A stretch of 64,000 nt of DNA from contig NC_068998.1 in assembly GCF_001194135.2 (NCBI RefSeq), positions 43,150,497 to 43,214,496 of the forward strand, in the 5' to 3' direction. This document shows positions 36,773-52,430 of the stretch, one piece after another (within the stretch, counting starts at the first letter, position 1; each line of letters starts with the position of its first letter). The translations under genes and the position numbers were made by a program. The notes under the pieces are model-generated. The model did not search any database. It was not told the origin of the DNA and saw only the letters and a list, made by a program, of their open reading frames with translations. The DNA is from Octopus bimaculoides. Its lineage: Eukaryota.

Positions 36773-38731
36773 ATTAAATAAATGGAGTTATACGCATGTG
36801 TTAAATGATTTCTTTTATTTCCGACATATGTTTCGAAGACTACAATTGGTTCATTTTCCAAAGGAATGAATGATGTTGAGAAAGATGTAATCTTGTGTTT
36901 TTCCCTGTAGAGAAGATTACATTTTACTCACAAGTTATTGATCAATCCGAGACTATGGTTACAGATTTTGCCACATTATGGGATTGAACATAGCCCCCAC
37001 ATGGTTAGCAGTCACACATTTTAACCACAGCCATACATAGACTTATACATGGATTGGTTACAAATAGAAAGTGTTCGTAAAATAGTTAAGATATTGAAAT
37101 GACATCCAATTGACTCAAATTGAATTCTGTTGGCTTTTGCAGGAATGCTGTTTGCATTCCTACACCCATGCTTTATCGTTTCTATTTTTGCCATTCCTAA
37201 CCACATCTAATTGGCATGCAGATTCTGTATGGAAACTATCAACCTCTGGAGGTTACAGAATTGAGGATTTAACATGCTTGATTTAATGTCAGTTCTTCCC
37301 TACCCCAACTTCACCCCAGCTGTATGTTTTAATCAATTAAAATAACACCTAGTAACAATTTCTTTAATTAATAACAGAGATTTCTTTTATAAATTTACAC
37401 TAATAATGAAAAATAAAAACCATTAATGTCAATAGTAATTACTGTCAAAACAAATAAAAGTGTAAAGGTTCTGAAATTTATTATTAGATCAAACTGAAGT
37501 TTGCAGCAAGTAATGTGCTTCATCTGACTATTAGCAAGTGTACTGACAAAGTCTTGTCATGTTTCTATCTTATTAGACCTCTTCTATGAAATATAGCCTT
37601 CCTCCTACATGTTAGATTTTAGAATGACTGAAAGAATATATAAGTTCTTAATGAATAATCATTTACTGACAAAGGAATTTAGAATATCATCATCATCATT
37701 GTTTAACGTCCGCTTTCCATGCTAGCATGGGTTAGACAATTTGACTGAGGACTGGTGAAACCAGATGGCTACACCAGGCTCCAATCTGATTTGGCAGAGT
37801 TTCTACAGCTGGATGCCCTTCCTAATGCCAACCACTCCGAGAGTGTAGTGGGTGCTTTTACGTGCCACCGGCATGAAGGCCAGTCAGGAGGTACTGGATT
37901 CTTTCTAATATACACTAAAGGCCTGAAAGTATGGAGAGGGGTAGTTCATTGCCTTGATCTCGGGGCTCAACTGGTACTTACTTTGACCCTGCAAAGATGA
38001 CAGGCAAAGTCAACTGCAGCAGAATTTGAATACAGAATGTAAAGCTAGAAGAGATGGTGCTAAGCATTTTGTCTTATACATTAACAATTCTGCCAGCTCT
38101 CCGCCTTAAGGAAAATGAAAATGATAGCATAAGAGAAATTCCTTGCCCTGCTTACCTGCATCTCTCAACAGATGTTCATGATAAACATGAAACACACTGA
38201 CCTCACTAGTGTAAGAGATCTACCACAAAGGCCATGTGCACTCTTAATTCTTTTCTCACTGAGAAACACCCCAGTTCAGTTCATCCTGCTGTAGTGGTTA
38301 GTGAGCAGAACTTCTGTAACTGTTACTAGTATTTGACTGATATATGGCCCAAGGGTAGAGTACAATAATTATTTATTCATTTAAAGTGAGGAAACTGGAG
38401 ATTTTAGCACTGTTCTTTCGCTAATGCCTTGCGTCTTTGGAGACATTAATATTTATTGCAATAGTTACAATAACAACTAAATGGTTCTTTCGTTGGCTAC
38501 TGCAGATGCGTTGAAACAAGAGATAACTGCTTGCTACAGTACAACACCATCCTGTTACCAACAATATCATTCGAAGTTGGAAGCAGTGAGGTAGAATTAA
38601 TGCAGTTACTTGACTTCACCTGCTCAAAACAGCAGCTAAGTGTCCCTTAAGTCACATATTAGAAAGAAAATATATATTGAGTGATATATGTCTAACAGAA
38701 GATGGGATGATCACAATGACATTTGTGTGTG

Positions 38732-38786
<55 letters not shown>

Positions 38787-38796
38787 NNNNNNNNNN

Positions 38797-38847
<51 letters not shown>

Positions 38848-39291
38848 TACATATCTCTCTATCTATCCAACTGCCTGTCAATCTGTCTGTCTGCTTGTCT
38901 CTCTCTTATATATATATCAACATCATCATCATCGTCGTTTAATGTCTGCTTTCCATACCGGCATGGGTTGGACAGTTTGACTGAGAGCTGGCGATCCAGA
39001 AGGCTGCTCCAGGCCCCAATCTGATCTGGTAATGTTTCTGCAGCTGGATGCCCTTCCTAATGCCAACCACTCTGAGAGTGTAGTGGGTGCTTTTACGTGC
39101 AACCGGCATGAGGACCAGTCAAGTGGTACTGGCATCAACCATGCTCAAATGGTACTTTTTACATGCCACCTGCAGAGGAGCCTGTCCAGCGGCACTGGCA
39201 ACAATCATGCTCGGATTGTGTGTCTTTTACGTGCCACCAGCACAGGAGCCAGTCAGGCGACACTGGCAACGATCACACTCCGCTCGAAAAA

Positions 39292-39323
<32 letters not shown>

Positions 39324-40055
39324 CTTCATCATCACCATTATCATTTATTTTGAAACCAGGAAATGACTCCATATGTAATTTNNNNNNNNNNGAGCTAAAC
39401 ATAGAGGGGACAAACAAGGACAGACAAGGCTATTAAGTCGATTACATCGACCCCAGTGCTTAACTGGTACTTATTTAATCGACCATTGTCCTTGCTAGTA
39501 TAGGTTGGATGGTTTGACGAGGGCTGGCAAGCTGGGAGGCTGCACCAGACTTATGCGTATATGTATGTATGTATGTATATACATGTGTGTATGTGTCTGT
39601 GTCTGCATGTATGTTCACACATATTCTAATGAAGCTTAAATGATAAATGTGATTTTAAGTTGAAAATGCTTCTTTGTTTCGTTTTTACTTCAAACATATG
39701 AAATATTTGTGTTCTGTAGTGACTTTGCAATGTGTAGGCAATATTTCTGCTGTGTTCCATACAGTTTGTCTTTTATGTGTGTCTATGTGTGTGTATCTGT
39801 ATGTGTGTGTGCATGCGTGCACACGTGCATTTATATGTGTGCGTATTTGTGTGTGTGTGTGTGCACACATGTGTATTCGTATGTGTGTGTGTGTGTGTAC
39901 ACACACGTGTATGTGTATTTATTTGTGTGTGTGTGTGTGTGCGTGTGTATTTATATATAAATATATATATGTGTGGTAGAATTGTCAGGTATTGAAACTA
40001 CAAATGAAACCCAAACGGAATGCATATGCATGCATACACATATACTGACATACAT

Positions 40056-40108
<53 letters not shown>

Positions 40109-40246
40109 CATACATGCATAGATACATCTATGTGATATGAGAACATAAACACACACATCTACATACGGATACACGCAGGCACACACACCCAGCTCTTCAC
40201 AGCGTAACATAAACATGTTTGTACATGTATAAACGTGAGGTATTTC

Positions 40247-40284
<38 letters not shown>

Positions 40285-40427
40285 CATGTATGTATACTTA
40301 CAGATGTACACACGAATGCAAACCTACACATACATGTATTTCCCCATATCTTCACACATGGACTCACGCACATCTATAAATATATACACACCTACTCACC
40401 CAACACACCTGCTCATACACAGATACA

Positions 40428-40458
<31 letters not shown>

Positions 40459-40686
40459 TTCTCTACTCGGCATATAAAGCACGTAGTCTATGTAATTAGA
40501 TAGTGTTTGTGGTTATAATGTTTCATTCCAACGTGACTATGTTCCATCATGTTCAGCCATGACAGCGATCCATCGTAAAGTTAAATTAAACATGTAACTA
40601 ATTTACACAAGCTGAACAATTAAATTATATATCAGTGTTGAAAACCAATAAGAAATTGTCTTCACTAACTAAGAATAGAATTTAGA

Positions 40687-41380
40687 TTGTCATTATCATC
40701 ATCAATAGCATCATTATCATCATCATCATTATCATCAACATCATTTTCATCATCAGTATCCTTGCTGTATCCTCGTCCTAATTATCGTCATCTTCATCCT
40801 TGTTATTCTCATCATTTCTGTCGTCGTCATTATCATCATCATCATCATCATCATCATCATTATAGTCGTCGTCATTGTCATCAACATAATTTTCCTCATC
40901 AGTATTCTCACTGTATCACCATCCTCGTAATTCCCATCTTCTTCATCCTTGCTATTCTCATAATTTCTATCATCGTCATCGTTGTCAGTGATGGCATCGT
41001 TATCATCATCGTCATCATCATCAACATCATTTTCATCAGTATCCTCCCTGTATATTCATCCTAATAATCCTCATCTTCATCATTGTAATTCTCATCGTCT
41101 CTAACATCATCGTCGTCAGTGGTGGAGGCCTCATCATGATCATTATCAGCATCAGCACCTTTGTCCTCTTAATCCTTTTTATCTTTATCATCATCATCAT
41201 CATCATATTCTTCAACTTTGTCATCTTCATCAGCATCTTCAGTGTCTTCCTTCACCATCATCGTCATTCTCAAATTTCGTCACCATCCTTGTTATCATCA
41301 AGCTCCTCTACTTCCACTGTCATTGTCGTCATCATCACCACAATAATCATCATAATAATAATCATCATCGTCATCATCTT
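40687..41380. repeat. Degenerate (CAT)n low-complexity tract
   Basis: Directly visible; generates spurious His/Ile/Ser ORFs. Confidence 0.9.
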
Positions 41381-41699
41381 TTCTCCCTGTTACTATATTA
41401 AAAGACAGTATGTGTATTGAAGGGATGTATAGCTGCACAAATGGATCGATAAATATAAACACAGAACTGGAACTAATGTACTGGAAATAACAAAGAAATG
41501 ACAAAATGAAACGAAAATAAATTATAAAATAATACAGACCAAATCATTATGAATTATTATCAACAATATGGTAGAATGATATGCACAATTGTTTCTAAAT
41601 CTTATTCAATATACAGAAACCTCTCCTAGTGTTTTAACAGCAAAGAAAAACAATGTAATGCTTTTATAGATTTGTATAAATCGGATGCACACAATCACA

Positions 41700-43080
41700 C
41701 ATACATTCAAACCAGCTTTAGCTCTTCATGGAGATATAAATACACGAATGGGTTGGCACTGGCAGAGAGTCTGGTAACCAAAAAACAATGCCACTCACAT
41801 GGAGAAGAACTACCAACAACTACATACCAGCTTGCCTGAGCCTGTTTCTTTAGCGTCTCCATGACAACTGATAGTTATAGTAGCATCACGACTGAATAAG
41901 TAGCCGGGTAGAAAAGAGTTTGGAATGTGCAAAACAACTTGTTATTAACAGAACAGTGATGACACAGGTGTGATAGCACAAAAAGGAATTTGATTGGAGT
42001 CTGAATAGGTTACGAGAAAGCATTTGGTTCTTTTTGCTTTTTTGTGGATCCGAGAGGCCTTCGACATGCTAAAGTTCCAGACTTCATTTTCCATTCTGGC
42101 CTAGCAACCCAAAGCTGAATTCAGAAAATGATTGTGTTGTCTCTGGTAGAACAAAATATCACAGGCATATTTACCGAGGAGAGAGAGTCACTGTCATTAT
42201 AAGCCTTTCTATAATTGTGGTGCACTCTTAGCTTATTTGTTGAGAAAATCTAAAATGTATATGATTGGCTCACAAAAAGATAGAAGCACCAACCTACTTC
42301 AGGTGACTTGAATAAACATACGAAAAACATGAATAATATGAAGAGTCTTGATTTGGTTGAGACATTCTCAGTGGATGTAGATATGGAGTTTGAAAACGCT
42401 ATTTAGATTTGCTCTTCCTTTGAAGGGTATGCTTTTGCAATCCAGGAATTGGAAGTGGCAACAAAATATTTGATGGAAAAAATGGAACAGAAATGCAGAT
42501 AAAAAAAAAACACAACTGAAACAGATTTTGTAATTAATCTCAGAAATGTAACTCATTTTATATGCAACTGTTCAAAATTGCCATGGTTTTATCTACCTAT
42601 GAAGCATGTTGTTGTGATCAAAATTTTTACACACAGGATAGTTCTGGTGATCAGAAAAAAAAACAAAAACATAGTAGTAAAGTCAACAACACACTCACTC
42701 CTAACATGAATGAATACTTGTAGAATGTTCTTGTTAAAATCTCGATAAAACAAACCAGACATAATGATCCAGGACAGAGAAAAGAAAGTATGCACAGTTG
42801 TAGAAATCAGTTGTTCGACAGATGATAGCACAGTGTTAAAAGTAAGAGAAAAAATAAAGTATCTATGCTGAATTAATGAGAAATTTGCTGACGCTACATC
42901 TAGACTACAACTTTAAATTTACACTTGTAACTATTGAAACACTTGCTTATGGAATTAACTGTCTCAGCGCCAGTCTTAATAAGCTGCGCTTCACATAACC
43001 AGAAAAGATTTGGTTAAGAAATTACAATTATAAGCCATTAATGGAACTTCAACAATATAAAATGTTACTGGAGTTTAGTC
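41700..43080 (+). pseudogene. Decayed R4/Dong-like non-LTR retrotransposon (RT plus restriction-like endonuclease)
   Basis: CAKQLVINRTVMTQV and V*IGYEKAFGS (RT, cf. GCKEQL.I...W.DY.KAFDS); AFAIQELEVATKYLM; NKPDIMIQDREKKVCTVVEISC...KVREKIKY at about 42749-42862 (PD-(D/E)xK RLE). Many stops and frameshifts. Confidence 0.8.
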
Positions 43081-43400
43081 TTTTGCAAGTATAAATACAC
43101 TCACATATAGTTACTAACGTATGTATATGTACACATATACAAGTCAAAATGTACGTATTCAGAAGAGACATAAACACAGACATATACATGCATAAATGAC
43201 TGCCTAATTGATGTTGTCTGAATGTCTATGAAGGAATCTTGTTTCTAGGCTGGAAACTAGCTCTTTCTCTGTTGGGGAGAAATTTTATAAATGAAATAAA
43301 AGGAACATGGCTTACATATAGGCTTATATAAGAGTTACAGTCCATATATATTTCTCTCTAATGGAAAGAAATTTGAATAGGCAAACCATTACAACCTACG

Positions 43401-43560
43401 TACAAGGGCATGCTGAAAAGTTCTTGGCTTTAAGGGTATCACGAAAGGCCTGGCTGGAGGCCCAGCCGTCAGAGTTTTTTTACAGGGTTAAGAAAACTGA
43501 AGGACTGCTGCAATGAGTGTGTGAATCTGAGAGGGGAATAAGTTGGATAGAACCATAATT
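43401..43560 (+). mobile_element. mariner-derived remnant
   Basis: TIR-like tacaagggcatgctgaaaagttcttggc and 3' gtgtgtgaatctgagaggggaataagttg, resembling the KC(V/I).L.GEY.E mariner terminus. Confidence 0.45.
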
Positions 43561-44453
43561 AACTGTGATTCACATTGGCTTTATATAGTCCTTAATAGAC
43601 TGCTTTTCATAGGTGGAGTAATGTGAATGATAGTTCAGTATGTTACAGGTAGACAGAAGTAATTATGTAGGAAGTGGGTAGTTTGGAAGAATAGGAGTTA
43701 AGTATGTGTTTGTAGGGTGTGGGTTGATAGAAAGGAATGTGAAGAAATTTATTCTGGTTTGATAGGGATTTTTTTTTTTGCTGTTTAGTGGTCAGTTAGT
43801 GGAGTAACCAAACAAGTAAATCCCTGTCATATTCAGGCCACAATATTATTTGTATATAAGTATAATTTTCTTGCAATTTAGGGATCATAAAGGAATGCAA
43901 CATATTATATATATCGCATGTTTTGTGGCGCTCATTTTATATTGTGTGGATGTACTCTTGAGGTCAACAAAGAAAGAATTATCACGGTTGCATATTAGAT
44001 CAAAGTATCACTACTACTACTACTACTACTACTACTATTGCCAGAAATACGAAGAAATGGAGACCAAATGTTAACTATTGATGGAAGAAAGAAAACAAGA
44101 GTGATCTAACCAAAAGAATAAAAAGTTGAGGTGTGGCGGAATGAAGAAAGTAAACTCTGGAAATGAATGAGATTAAGTGCAGAGCAAGCATTTTCAATAA
44201 TTTCCAGCAATTTTATTTTATTTTATTTTATTTTATTTTATTTCATTTTATTTCATTTCCAATCCTCCTTCATTTCTATTTGGCATTTTCTTTTTATTTT
44301 CTGTTTTCTTTTCTTTCATTTAATTTTTTTTTGTCTTTTTTTTTTACTTCTTTCTTTGATCATCATCTGACTTCTCTGCACTTCGATGATTCTTCGATTC
44401 TTCTTTGATTTTTCCTTTTCCCTCCTCCAATCTTTGATGCTAGTTTTCCAGTC

Positions 44454-44498
<45 letters not shown>

Positions 44499-45115
44499 CC
44501 CCTCCCTTGTCTTTGATTATTATTTTTTTCTTTGATTCTTTCCCGCTTTAATTTATATTCTTCCTCTCTTTCTCAACTTCCATTTTGCTTTTCTGCTTTA
44601 CTTTTCACCACCATCATCCTCATCATCATCATCATCATCATCATTTGTTTTCCTTTTACCATACTTCTTTGCTGCTTCTTCCACTTCTTTTATTTTCCCT
44701 CATGTTTTCTTTCCTTATTCTCTCTTTCTTATTCTTCACATTCCGCTTCTGCCTCACCCTTTCTTCTCTCCTCCTCTTCCTCATTATATACAGTCATCAA
44801 CTTCTGTTATATTTCTTTCAAACCTTCCACTTACGTTCTTTAAGTGCTTTATTTTTGCTTTTCTATTTTACCTCTTTCCAGCAAAATTCCCAAAGTGGAT
44901 CCCATAAACCTGTCTTCTGCATAGCAAGTCAATCGCTAATTATTCCTGTTTCACTAAAATATTTGCTAATTACAAAGCATTGAAATAGTTTCCAGTATCA
45001 AAGAGGGTACTTTTCCATAAACTTAAATATTAGGGTTTGTTTTTGTTAATCCTACTTCATTCTTGTTAAGGATAGCGGTTGCTAAACCCAAATCAGTCTG
45101 AATTCCATCCTGTAT

Positions 45116-45342
45116 ACTCTTTACTCTTTTACTTGTTTCAGTCATTTGACTGCGGCCATGCTGGAGCACCACCTTTAGTCGAGCAAATCGACCCCCAGGA
45201 CTTATTCTTTGGAAGCCTAGTACTTATTCTATCGGTCTCTTTTGCCGAAACGCTAAGTTATGGGGACGTAAACACACCAGCATCGGTTGTTAAGCGATGT
45301 TAGTGGGGCCAAACACAGACACACAAACACCCACACACGTAT

Positions 45343-45376
<34 letters not shown>

Positions 45377-45468
45377 ACGACAGGCTTCTTTCAGTTTCCG
45401 TCAACCAAATCCACTCACCCAAGGTGCCATGCAGTGAGACTGAACCTAGAACCATGTGGTTTGTAAGC
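45116..45468 (-). mobile_element. SINE family A
   Basis: Reverse complement of the consensus, running into an N-gap. Confidence 0.85.
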
Positions 45469-46454
45469 NNNNNNNNNNNNNNNNNNNNNNNNNNNNNNNN
45501 NNNNNNNNNNNNNNNNNNNNNNNNNNNNNNNNNNNNNNNNNNNNNNNNNNNNNNNNNNNNNNNNNNNNNNNNNNNNNNNNNNNNNNNNNNNNNNNNNNNN
45601 NNNNNNNNNNNNNNNNNNNNNNNNNNNNNNNNNNNNNNNNNNNNNNNNNNNNNNNNNNNNNNNNNNNNNNNNNNNNNNNNNNNNNNNNNNNNNNNNNNNN
45701 NNNNNNNNNNNNNNNNNNNNNNNNNNNNNNNNNNNNNNNNNNNNNNNNNNNNNNNNNNNNNNNNNNNNNNNNNNNNNNNNNNNNNNNNNNNNNNNNNNNN
45801 NNNNNNNNNNNNNNNNNNNNNNNNNNNNNNNNNNNNNNNNNNNNNNNNNNNNNNNNNNNNNNNNNNNNNNNNNNNNNNNNNNNNNNNNNNNNNNNNNNNN
45901 NNNNNNNNNNNNNNNNNNNNNNNNNNNNNNNNNNNNNNNNNNNNNNNNNNNNNNNNNNNNNNNNNNNNNNNNNNNNNNNNNNNNNNNNNNNNNNNNNNNN
46001 NNNNNNNNNNNNNNNNNNNNNNNNNNNNNNNNNNNNNNNNNNNNNNNNNNNNNNNNNNNNNNNNNNNNNNNNNNNNNNNNNNNNNNNNNNNNNNNNNNNN
46101 NNNNNNNNNNNNNNNNNNNNNNNNNNNNNNNNNNNNNNNNNNNNNNNATATATATATATATATGTATATTTCTGCTGCTTTTAAATAAAGTATATATATA
46201 TATATATATATTTACCATTTATTTGTTTCAGTCATAAGATGTTGGCTATGCTGAGTCACTGACTTGACAAGTTTTTTAGCTGAGCAAATTGACACCGGGA
46301 CTTAATTTTGTAAGCCTAGTACTTATTCTTTTGACCTCTTTTGCCAAACTGCTAAGTTACCGGGATGTAAACACATCAACACCGGTTGTCAAGTGGTAAT
46401 GGGTGGGGACAGACACAAGGACACACTCAAATACACACACACACACACACATGC

Positions 46455-46485
<31 letters not shown>

Positions 46486-46739
46486 CTCTTTATTCTCTTT
46501 TGACATTTGTCAGTCATTTGACTGTGGCCATGCTGGAGCACTGCCTTTAGTTGAACTAATCAACCCCAGGACTTATTCTGTGTAAGCCCAGTACTTATGC
46601 TATCGATATCTTTTTGCTGACCAGCTAAGTTTTGGCGACATGAACACACCAACATCAGTTGTCTAGTGCTGGTTGGGGGACAAACACAGAATCACACACA
46701 CACACACACATACACACACACAAACACACACAAATATAT

Positions 46740-46773
<34 letters not shown>

Positions 46774-47405
46774 CTATATATAACAATTAGAAAATGGAGG
46801 ATAATATGCTGAACCCAACTACTTGCAGACGATGTATCCCGTTGAATTCATTAATTTAATTCATAGCAAAAGTGACAAAAAAAGAAAGAAAAAGAGAGAA
46901 AGAACCAAAGCACAGGTGTCTATGNNNNNNNNNNNNNNNNNNNNNNNNNNNNNNNNNNNNNNNNNNNNNNNNNNNNNNNNNNNNNNNNNNNNNNNNNNNN
47001 NNNNNNNNNNNNNNNNNNNNNNNNNNNNNNNNNNNNNNNNNNNNNNNNNNNNNNNNNNNNNNNNNNNNNNNNNNNNNNNNNNNNNNNNNNNNNNNNNNNN
47101 NNNNNNNNNNNNNNNNNNNNNNNNNNNNNNNNNNNNNNNNNNNNNNNNNNNNNNNNNNNNNNNNNNNNNNNNNNNNNNNNNNNNNNNNNNNNNNNNNNNN
47201 NNNNNNNNNNNNNNNNNNNATATTATCCTCCATTTTCTAATTGTTATACAAATTTGGGGTAAAACCTCCACTTTTACCCACTCCCATTGATTGCACTTAG
47301 TATAGCACTAGTGTAGCAATAATTGGGTACCCTCCCAGCAGTATACTGGATAGATACTATCCCTTAGTGGGTTGAACCCCCAACCCCTAACTCTCTCACG
47401 TTATA

Positions 47406-47437
<32 letters not shown>

Positions 47438-48322
47438 CATGGTGATGGTGGTGATGATGATGATGATGATAACAATTGATAGTGATGATGATGATGATGA
47501 GAATGGATTCTTTTACCTCTTTATCATATTAAAAAATACATAAAATGGACTATTTTGAAGTTTTGCATCTTTATGTTACGCACATGACGGGTCATATTTT
47601 ATTAAGTGTTTTAGGGTTCACTTTTTTTTTTGTTCCTGTAACCTGGAAATTTTCATTTTTGCTTCAAATTTAGAATTCCAGAAATAAAAAAAAAAAAAAG
47701 AAAATCTTACCCAAATTCTACCACATTACAAAACCGCCACTACCTCAAGCAGTCTATAAATAGTCTCTCTTAAAGTTTGATGTGGGTGCTGTTTTTACCC
47801 CTGCCTCTTCATTTTTCTTCTTCTTCTAAGTAAATTTTTACTCTAAAAAAAACAAACAAAAAAAAATGGCAACCAGAAGCTGCAAAGAACATTTAAAAAT
47901 AAATGTCATTTGATCATCCCAGGGAAGTTGCAGAGAAAAGTGAACGAAGTGAAGCAGATAGTTTGGATATTACTGCTGCTGATTCTATGGCATGTATATG
48001 TTTGTGCGTCTGTGTGTGCACATATATATATATATATATAAATATGTATACACACTCACACACCTACACACATATAAACACATATATTTATAGAGAGAGA
48101 GAGAAAGAGGTGATATTTAATGTATGTGTAACAAAGTGTAACATTTACCTCTTGGATTCATTATGTTCTTTAGCACCCATCTAAACCTACTAAATTTGCT
48201 TGCTCTGATACAACAAAGAGCTATTTCATACATAATCGAGACAGGAGTGGGGCTCTGTGTGCTCTCTCAACAGGCTAGATATAGTCACCAAATCTCTCTC
48301 AATCATGCCTTTTATTCTGTAA

Positions 48323-48978
<656 letters not shown>

Positions 48979-51035
48979 TTAAGAAGGATGAAAACGGATA
49001 TATTATAAAATTTAGTTTTAGATTCACTATCGTTGAATAAAATATTGGCGGAACCTGGCAAGAATAAATTTGATCATAAATCTGTCCAATCAGGGAGCTA
49101 AACAAAGAGGACCATGAAATCAAAGTTCAGCTTCTTTCAGTTTTCCACTACCAAATCCACTCACAAGACTTTGGTTGGCCCAAGGTTATAGTATAAGACA
49201 CTTGCCCAAGGTGTCCCACAGTGAAACTGAACCCAGAACCATGTGGTTGAGAAGCAAGATTCTTACCACACAGCCATGCCTGGACAAGCAGATTGGATAA
49301 TTCGGTTCTAGTTATTTTACTAAATTCTTTATTATATTTAAAGTAATTGAAAGAAACACAGAGCATCTCAAAATGAATGCTGTAATGAAAGGGTTAAACT
49401 CTTTATATGGCTCCAAATCTGACTGAAGTTTTCTAAAAGACAAAGGATAAAAAAATGTGCCCACACCTGTTCTATACCTAGATTTTGCACAGTACAAACT
49501 GTCCTATTTTTGGTTTTGTTTTTTTTTTTTTAACTGTGAGAGGAACACTAATGCAAAGACAAAAGGACAAAAAAATTTTGAAAACAATAATAAATATCTT
49601 AATTTTTTCAGTACTTTATGAAAAATAAAAAGAGAAATTATTGGAAATAATTAATTAATTAATTAAATAGCTTAAGTTAATTAAATAACAACAAAAACTA
49701 AAACTGTTGACTGTTAAAAAAAATTGATGGAAGAAATATTTGTGTTTAGAATTATTTCCAGCATTGCAGATAAAAGAGAGAAGAAGAGAGGAAGAAGTGA
49801 TAGATAGAAAGAGAGAAACCGAATCTAATTCTGTTTTACATTTATCATAGAATCATTCATACTTAAGGTGAGATTATTGGTCACAGAAGTAATGTTGCTG
49901 GTGGTGCATCCAACAACAAAGTACAAGAGTATTAATAATAATTTCTATTGATCTGATTAGTCTGGCGGCAGACTGTTGAGTGAGCAGGTGTGTTGATCAC
50001 TCCCCTTCTACATCACTCATGCTAGCAGTTCTTGAAGTTCATTTACAAGAAAAAAAATATAAACTCATCTTCTGGATGAAACAAAGAGAAACGCAACCTT
50101 ATAGGCATAGAAATGGCTACATCGTTAAGAAATTTGCTTTGAAGCTGAATGGTTTCAAGTTCAATTCCAGTACTTGGCACCTTGGGGGTGACTGTTTTTA
50201 TTATCATAGCCCTGAGTGGATCAAAGCCTTTTGAATGTAAAGAAACTACTAGGAAGCCAAGAAGAGAAAAATTGTTCCTGTTTTTGAATGGTATTTTTAT
50301 TTTACTTGTAACAACATGCTCTAGCCCTTCAATGCCATTAGTGGTAATCACATTGTTGCAAATATTCAGGTTGGATATCTGGTTTGAAGATAACCTTCTT
50401 CCATTCTTCTAACTTGTCTTTGATGATCTGAAAAAAAGTCATATGCACTTCCACTTCTCCGCTTAACAAAGCTGTAAAAATCAAAATAAAAAAAAGAAAA
50501 AGAAAACGCAAGAAATAGCAAGAGTAAGAGAGAGAGAGAGAGGGTATATGTGAAAGAGATAACTTTATATTTCGTGACTGATGTTTTGAATATTTTAGCT
50601 AAGTTTCATTCAATAGTCTTTCCTTTTGTGTTTAAAATAATGGAAGTCAATTTTTAATTCTTAATTCTGAGCGCAACATGTCCATTAGAAAGACTTAATT
50701 GAGAAGGCCTTGCTAATATAATATTATTACTGGTGTGGCTATGTGGTATGAAGCTTGCTTCCCAACCACATGGTCTCACGTTCAGTCTCACTGCATAGCA
50801 ACTTGGGCAAGTGTCTTCTACTATAGCCTTGGGCTGACCAAAAAATTGAGTGGATTTGGTAGACAGAAACCAAAAGAAGCCTGTTGTGTGCGCGGCCTCA
50901 TTGTCACAGTGGTTGAAGAAGTGTCTCATGGATGTAGGAACTGACTGGGATACTACTGCTCAGTGGGTCACTCAGGATGACCCAAGCAAATACCAGCAGA
51001 GTATTCCCGGTAGTGACCTGAATAATAATAATAAC

Positions 51036-51067
<32 letters not shown>

Positions 51068-51125
51068 TAATAACATCATCAAAAAATACCTCAGGAATGA
51101 GAACCCAGGTTTGAAATTTCCGCAA

Positions 51126-51170
51126 GACACCTGATGAAGGCTGGAGGGTATATCAGTCGAAACGTGTTAA
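51126..51170 (+). ncRNA. Hammerhead motif of the (AAT)n-associated repeat family
   Basis: GACAC-CTGATGA-A-GGCTG(GAGGGTATAT)CAGTC-GAAACGTGTT. Stem II is intact; the stem III/stem I junction looks shortened by a small deletion. Confidence 0.5.
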
Positions 51171-52079
51171 CAACAAACAAGATGAGGACAAATATCTGTC
51201 AAATGTAAATAATGTAAATAATGTACATAATTCCTCATCTCTTAAATATAGAACTGTAAAAGTTAAAGAATTTTTAGGTCTCTTTATTAATTTTCTTAAA
51301 AGTTTAATACAGGATTCCAAGAAGATCTTGGAAGGGTAAGAAAATATAAGTAAGTTACTGCATGTTATTTGCTCCTGCTTGATCAAAATAATCTACATTT
51401 TTTTCCCCTGAAACCTGAGAAAGGTGGCATTTGTAAAATGCCATTCTATAAAGTTGGTTACTGTGCTTGAAAAGTTTGAGAACTATTGGTCAGAATCATA
51501 TTAGCTAAATACATAGGATAAAATAAAACAAAATAAAGAAGTACCAAATAGAATTTTGCAGCAGATAGGACTAAGTTTGTATATCTTCGTGGATTTGTGA
51601 ATTGTCATGTTTTCGGCATGGCCTTTCTTCAGGAGAAAAATGAAATGTTTTATGAAATCATGTTTCCATTATATTGTACAAACTTATTTGTATTCGCATA
51701 TTAGCTCAGTAAATGTACCGTTTGATTAGCTATTGGTCTGTTTAAATAGAAATTCCGGGGACTCTACTAACACAACAATGTGGAAGCCTCTGTGTGGTTG
51801 TTTGACCTGCTAAAAATAGCTGCAAATTCTCCCTCAAATCACATTGTAGCCTTTATTATTTTAAAGAAAACCATAAAAAATATATGGAACAGACTGTATT
51901 TGCATTAGAATGTAGACTGTAGTTGCATTAAAGATGGGATGGTCATGGTTAGCATGTCTTTGAACATAGGTTGACTTGATCAGGGCTGATGTTGGGTATA
52001 AAAATAACTCTTTTTTTTCTTCTCTTAGAAAACTGTTTTTTGGGAAATGTATTTTGTTACCCTGTTCTATATCTTTTAT

Positions 52080-52430
52080 CTTTTACTTGTTTGAGTTGTT
52101 TTGGCTGTGGCCATGCTGGGGCATCGCTTTAAAGGATTTCAGCTAAAGAAATCAATCTCAGTTCATTTTTTTAAGCCTAGTACTTACTCTATTGGCTTCT
52201 TTTACCAAACTGCTAAGTTATGGGGATGTCACCTCACCAACACACACCACACACACTCATACATGCACATGGTGGACTTCTTTCAGTTTCCATCTACCAA
52301 ATCAACTCACAAGGTTTGGTCTGCTTGAGGCTATAGCTGAAGACACTTGCCGAAGGTGCCACGCAGTGGGACTGAACCTGGAACCATGCAGTTGAGAAGC
52401 AAACTTACCACTGAACCATGCCTGTGCTTG
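52080..52430 (-). mobile_element. SINE family A, diverged
   Basis: Reverse complement of the consensus. Confidence 0.8.

Noticed and set aside
51603-51636. Hammerhead-like CTGAAGA...GCC-GAAA (-)
   Set aside because: Stem II is only 3 bp, and there is no valid stem III, UH triplet or stem I.
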